A stretch of DNA of 64,000 bases from Cetorhinus maximus (lineage: Eukaryota): positions 165,416,001 to 165,480,000 of the forward strand of contig NC_135881.1 in assembly GCF_964194155.1 (NCBI RefSeq), given 5' to 3'. Positions within the stretch are counted from its first letter, which is position 1. Every line of letters starts with the position of its first letter. Below the pieces are notes generated by a model, which worked only from the letters and a program-made list of their open reading frames with translations, was not told the origin of the DNA and ran no database searches. Shown here piece by piece: positions 60,214-64,000 of the stretch. Position numbers and translations under genes: made by a program.

Positions 60214-62644
60214 ATAGATGGTGGTGATATCCAGTCAACACTGGAAAAGGTTATGAGGATTTTGAAAGCAACGTGATCAGAGAACAAAGAAGAACTTAAA
60301 CATTCATAGGGATTCTTGATTATTCTAAGTTCAGCCCCAATTTAGCTCAAACATTTGGCAGAGCAGGCTCGAGGGGCCGAATTGCCAACTCCTATGTTCC
60401 TACATTCGCTCCAATATCAACTGCTCAAAGATGGAATAGATTGAGAATGGTCTGTGGAGTGGTCAGAGGCATTTGAAGAAGTAAAGTATTGATTAGTGAT
60501 GCCATTTTGACCCATTGATCCCAAGAAAAACTGGTTTCAGCAAGCGATACCTCACCACAGGTTAGCTGTGGTGTTATTTCACATAATCGACAATGGCATA
60601 TGCTTCATGTACTTTAACAATTTCAGAGCAAAATTACTCAAGTTGAGAACGAGACATTAGCAATCATATATGATGTTACTAACTTTCACAAATACTTGTA
60701 TGGTGGGAAGTTCACTTTGCTAACTAACCATCAAGTCCTTGTGATTATATTTGATTCAAAGAAGGGAGTACGAACTCTAGCAGCAGCACAGCTTCAGAAA
60801 TGGTTGTTGGTTTTGAGGGCCCATCGGTACAATATTAAATATCGTAAATTAGCAGATAATGCAAATACAGCCGTTCTTTCAGAATTTCCCATTGAGACTG
60901 ATTTATTTCTAGCTACTGAGTTACCTAGGGATTACTTTACATACACAAATGACATGCCAGTGTCTGCCAGAGAAATTAGCAAAGAAACTCGCAAGGATGT
61001 GCTGCTCAGTAAAGTGCTCAATTATAGCATGAATGGCTGGCTTAAAGAGTGTGATGATGAGAAAGTATTTCGCACATAGAAATGGACTGATGGAAACAGC
61101 TTAATCTGAAACAAATGGACTTTAAGAATAATTTTTCAGCCAGGATTTAGAGAGAGATTGTTAGAGGAATTTCGTCAAGAGCACACAGGTTTTGCAGTAG
61201 CATAAAGCTGTTTTTGGTATCCAAAGGTAGATAAGAGTTGGTGAAAAGTTATCACCTGTGTCTTGAAATGAGAGATGATCCAAACAAGGTTCACTTCATT
61301 CCATGGTCAAACAGAAGAAAACTGTGAGAAATAGTACATGTTGATTTCTTTGAAGTGGAAAGGAAAGAGTACCTTGTTTTGGTCAATAGCTATACGGAGT
61401 AGATAAATATTGAGTCTATGCCTACAACCACAAGTGCCAAAACTATTAATATTTTGAGAAGTTGGTTTGCATTTTATTGGTTGCCAGTGATGTCGGTGTC
61501 AGATAATGGTCCACGGTTTATTTCAAAAGATTTTAAGTATTTGAGTAAGAATGGAGTCAAACACACTCTAATATCACCATATCACCAGCATCGAATGGTG
61601 TTGCAGAAAGAAGTGTACAGATTGTGAAGAGGTCTTTGCAGAAGTACTTGCTAGGTGGCGAGCTAGGCAGTAATTTCCATGTTTATTTTCAATACAGGAC
61701 AGGCAATTTTCTGTTCTCTTATACAATAACCCCACACTCTACAACAGGTTGCTCACCTTAAGAGTTTGTGTTTAAACATACTCCTAGGATAAAGTTTAGT
61801 TTGCTTAAGTCTGACGTCAATAGCAAGGTAACAGAAAAGCAAGACAAAGTGAAGATGGGCTATGATACATGAGGCATGAAACTTGGAGAGTTCAGCACTG
61901 GTCAGAAAGTAATGGTGAAAAACCACTGAGGTGATATGGGGCATATGTGATTGGAGTTGTTGTAAAGAGATTAGGTAATTCACATACCTGGTGAATATTG
62001 GCGAGAGACTTGGTCAGTGTCATGTAGATCGTTTGTTTGAAAGAGAAACTTTGACAAAGAGAGAGCATGATAAACCTCCTATAGTCCAAATCTGTCCTAC
62101 ATTCCCAAGTGAAAGTCTCAAAGAAACTGAAAGTTTACAGAATTACAGAATCCACCAGTAGAGCAAAGTGTGTCAGGGTCTTTGATTAACACAAATCAAT
62201 GTCACAGTCCCAACCATTAAGTGGAGTTAGTAGTCAAAAGTTCAGATTTGAAACAGTCAGATATGTTGAGAGAGCAGAGTTAAATTAGTGGAAATGGAAG
62301 GAGATACCCAGACAGAAAGAGAAAGAAGCAAGATAGATTAATTGAAAGTATGTAGGAAAGAAGAAGGAAAAAGTTGTTCTTTTCATTATTTTTTGTCAAA
62401 TGATATTTTTGTTAAATATATACTGGTGTAAAGGAAGTAAATTTTTTTTTCAACATGTAAGTTACTCTGGCAGAATCAGTCATGTATGTTTTTGTTCTAA
62501 TCACAGTAAAAACAAGTATGCAACCCAACCTGTTAAGTTTTCGGGTAATGTTGATGTTGTTTTAGTCATATTATGTCCTGGGAACTTGGATACATGGACC
62601 ATTTTACATTTTAATGTCTAAGTTGTTTTTAAGTGGGGAGGGAA

Positions 62645-63164
62645 TGTAGTATATTGAAAGATCTGAACATTTTGTAATATTGCCCTCTCCTGCCCCCTCT
62701 CTGGGGAGACGTAAATAAAGTTAGTTCAGTAATAGAACCATGGAACGATAGAAACATAGAACACTACAGCACAGAAAAACAGGCCATTCGGCCCTTCTAG
62801 TCTGTACCGAAATATTATTACCATTGACCTGCACCTAGTCCATAGCCCTCCAGACCTCTCCCATCCATGTATCTATCCAATTTATTCTTAAAGCTTAAGA
62901 GTGAGCCCGCATTTACCACGTCAGATGGTAGCTCGTTCCACACTCTCACCACTCTCTGAGTGAAGAAGTTCCCCCTAAACCTTTCCCCTTTCACCCTAAA
63001 GCCATGTCCTCTCGTGTTTATCTCTCCTAATCTACGTGGAAAGAGCCTACTCGCATTTACCCTGTCTATACCCCTCATAATTTTGTAAACTTCTAACAAA
63101 TCTACATCAAATCTAATGGCTGCAGGCAGTTGAGCATGTGTTAGTCTTAGTGCAATACACAACA
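62645..63164 (+). repeat. Gypsy 3' LTR (short, about 155 bp once the CR1 insert is removed)
   Basis: Starts TGTAGTAT directly after the PPT, AATAAA at ~62714, ends ...atacacaaca before the TSD. Confidence 0.75.
62735..63098 (-). mobile_element. CR1 3' end inserted in the Gypsy 3' LTR
   Basis: EVYKIMRGIDRVNASRLFP...RVWNELPSDVV peptide and a tagaaacatagaac tail. Confidence 0.88.
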
Positions 63165-63350
63165 GTGATCACCTTCAGAAACACGCTATCCATGTAGCTC
63201 TCAACCTCAGATATACCACAGTGACATCAAGAGCGGTTCAAGCTCTGAAATCCAGAGCTCAAACTTCTCCAGCTGACGACGCTTCCTATGCACGTGGTTG
63301 TCCAGGGCACTAGATGAGTCCTGGAGTTCCCACATGGAACAAGATGCTCC
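63165..63350 (-). mobile_element. CR1 ORF1 N-terminal remnant (continuation of 51620-54079)
   Basis: Minus translation SCSMWELQDSSSALDNHVHRKRRQLEKFELWISELE resembles the ORF1 zinc finger/leucine zipper at ~1300-1420. Confidence 0.7.
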
Positions 63351-64000
63351 TGGCCACGCTCTCTCTGACCACCATTGAACTCGCCCTCTCTGAACTCTTC
63401 ACCCTGCTCCTGGCCTCCCCCTCTATGACCACGCCACCCACAATGTCAATATTGGTAAAATACATTGAGATCCAGAACATTTAAGCAATAGAATGATACA
63501 TGGACTTTAGTATAAACGTAGGGTAATACAACTAGCTCTCATTTAGCACTCCTAATGTGTTCCTAAAGAAACAGCATTGTAAACAAAAACGTTGTAAACG
63601 AAAATAATTTTCCCATAAGATAGTATCTAATAAGGGTTGGCTACGTCCTTGACCTGCAATTTTTACATTTAAAAACCTATTGATTGCCTTGAACCTAACA
63701 GGCCCAAAAATCCTCTGACTTACTAACACTTAACTTACCAACTCTTAATAACCATTTTTTCGCTGCTCCCTGCCTCCACTTGCTGCCTCTCCCAATTCCA
63801 GACAATTCGCACCCTCCATCCCCCAACCACAGGACATTGCTCATCCTCCCACCCCCGGATAGTGTTCATCCTGCCACCTCCCCGTACCCCTACCCCCACC
63901 CCCTACTGCCAGTGTTCACCCTGCTCCCACCCCACCACCAACAATGCTTACTGTCTTGCACCCAGGACAACACTCATCACCCCCAGACAATGCTCATAAA

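Larger units (their letters stand above)
55975..62100 (+). pseudogene. Gypsy pol remainder: RT core, RNase H and integrase (interrupted at 56216-60213)
   Basis: LYQYERLPFGVS...CFLDDILIS; LYGGKFTLLTNHQ...LAAAQLQKW; VHVDF...SDNGPRFIS...SPYH. Confidence 0.88.
54080..63164 (+). mobile_element. Ty3/Gypsy (Mag-like) LTR retrotransposon, degraded, with inverted 5' half
   Basis: Flanks gtgac (54075-54079) and gtgat (63165-63169); RT-RNaseH-integrase order on the + strand; PPT aagtggggagggaa (62631-62644); 3' LTR TG...CA. Confidence 0.88.

Noticed and set aside
63340-64000. C-rich loosely repetitive sequence at the window end
   Set aside because: Too degenerate and truncated to assign; part may be the CR1 5' region or another repeat.

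Overview
This is eukaryotic vertebrate genomic DNA, most likely from a cartilaginous fish (shark). That call is inferred from the repeat landscape: abundant CR1 LINEs with SGNH-esterase ORF1, L2, SacSINE1/DeuSINE-like tRNA SINEs, Penelope-like elements, Harbinger MITEs, Tx1 and Gypsy. It is not prokaryotic, and there are no operons, CRISPR arrays or rRNA genes. The only host coding sequence I can support is one 156-bp internal exon of dysbindin (DTNBP1, + strand, 40127-40282), which appears to use a non-canonical GC 5' splice site; the rest is probably intronic. Most entries in the ORF track are decayed transposon fragments or chance ORFs. The most unusual structures are: (1) a Gypsy LTR retrotransposon (54080-63164) whose PBS-gag-protease-RT N-terminal half is inverted and whose 5' LTR is missing, although the target-site duplication survives; (2) a Penelope-type insertion (42378-42617) with two inverted hammerhead-ribozyme arms enclosing a copy of nearby genomic DNA; (3) minimal hammerhead motifs from two different Penelope families; (4) a CR1 that keeps its 5' end but has lost its RT core; (5) several multi-layer TE nests. 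I see no evidence for a wholly new protein-coding system. Family names come from recalled motifs, not database searches, and boundaries without a TSD are approximate.
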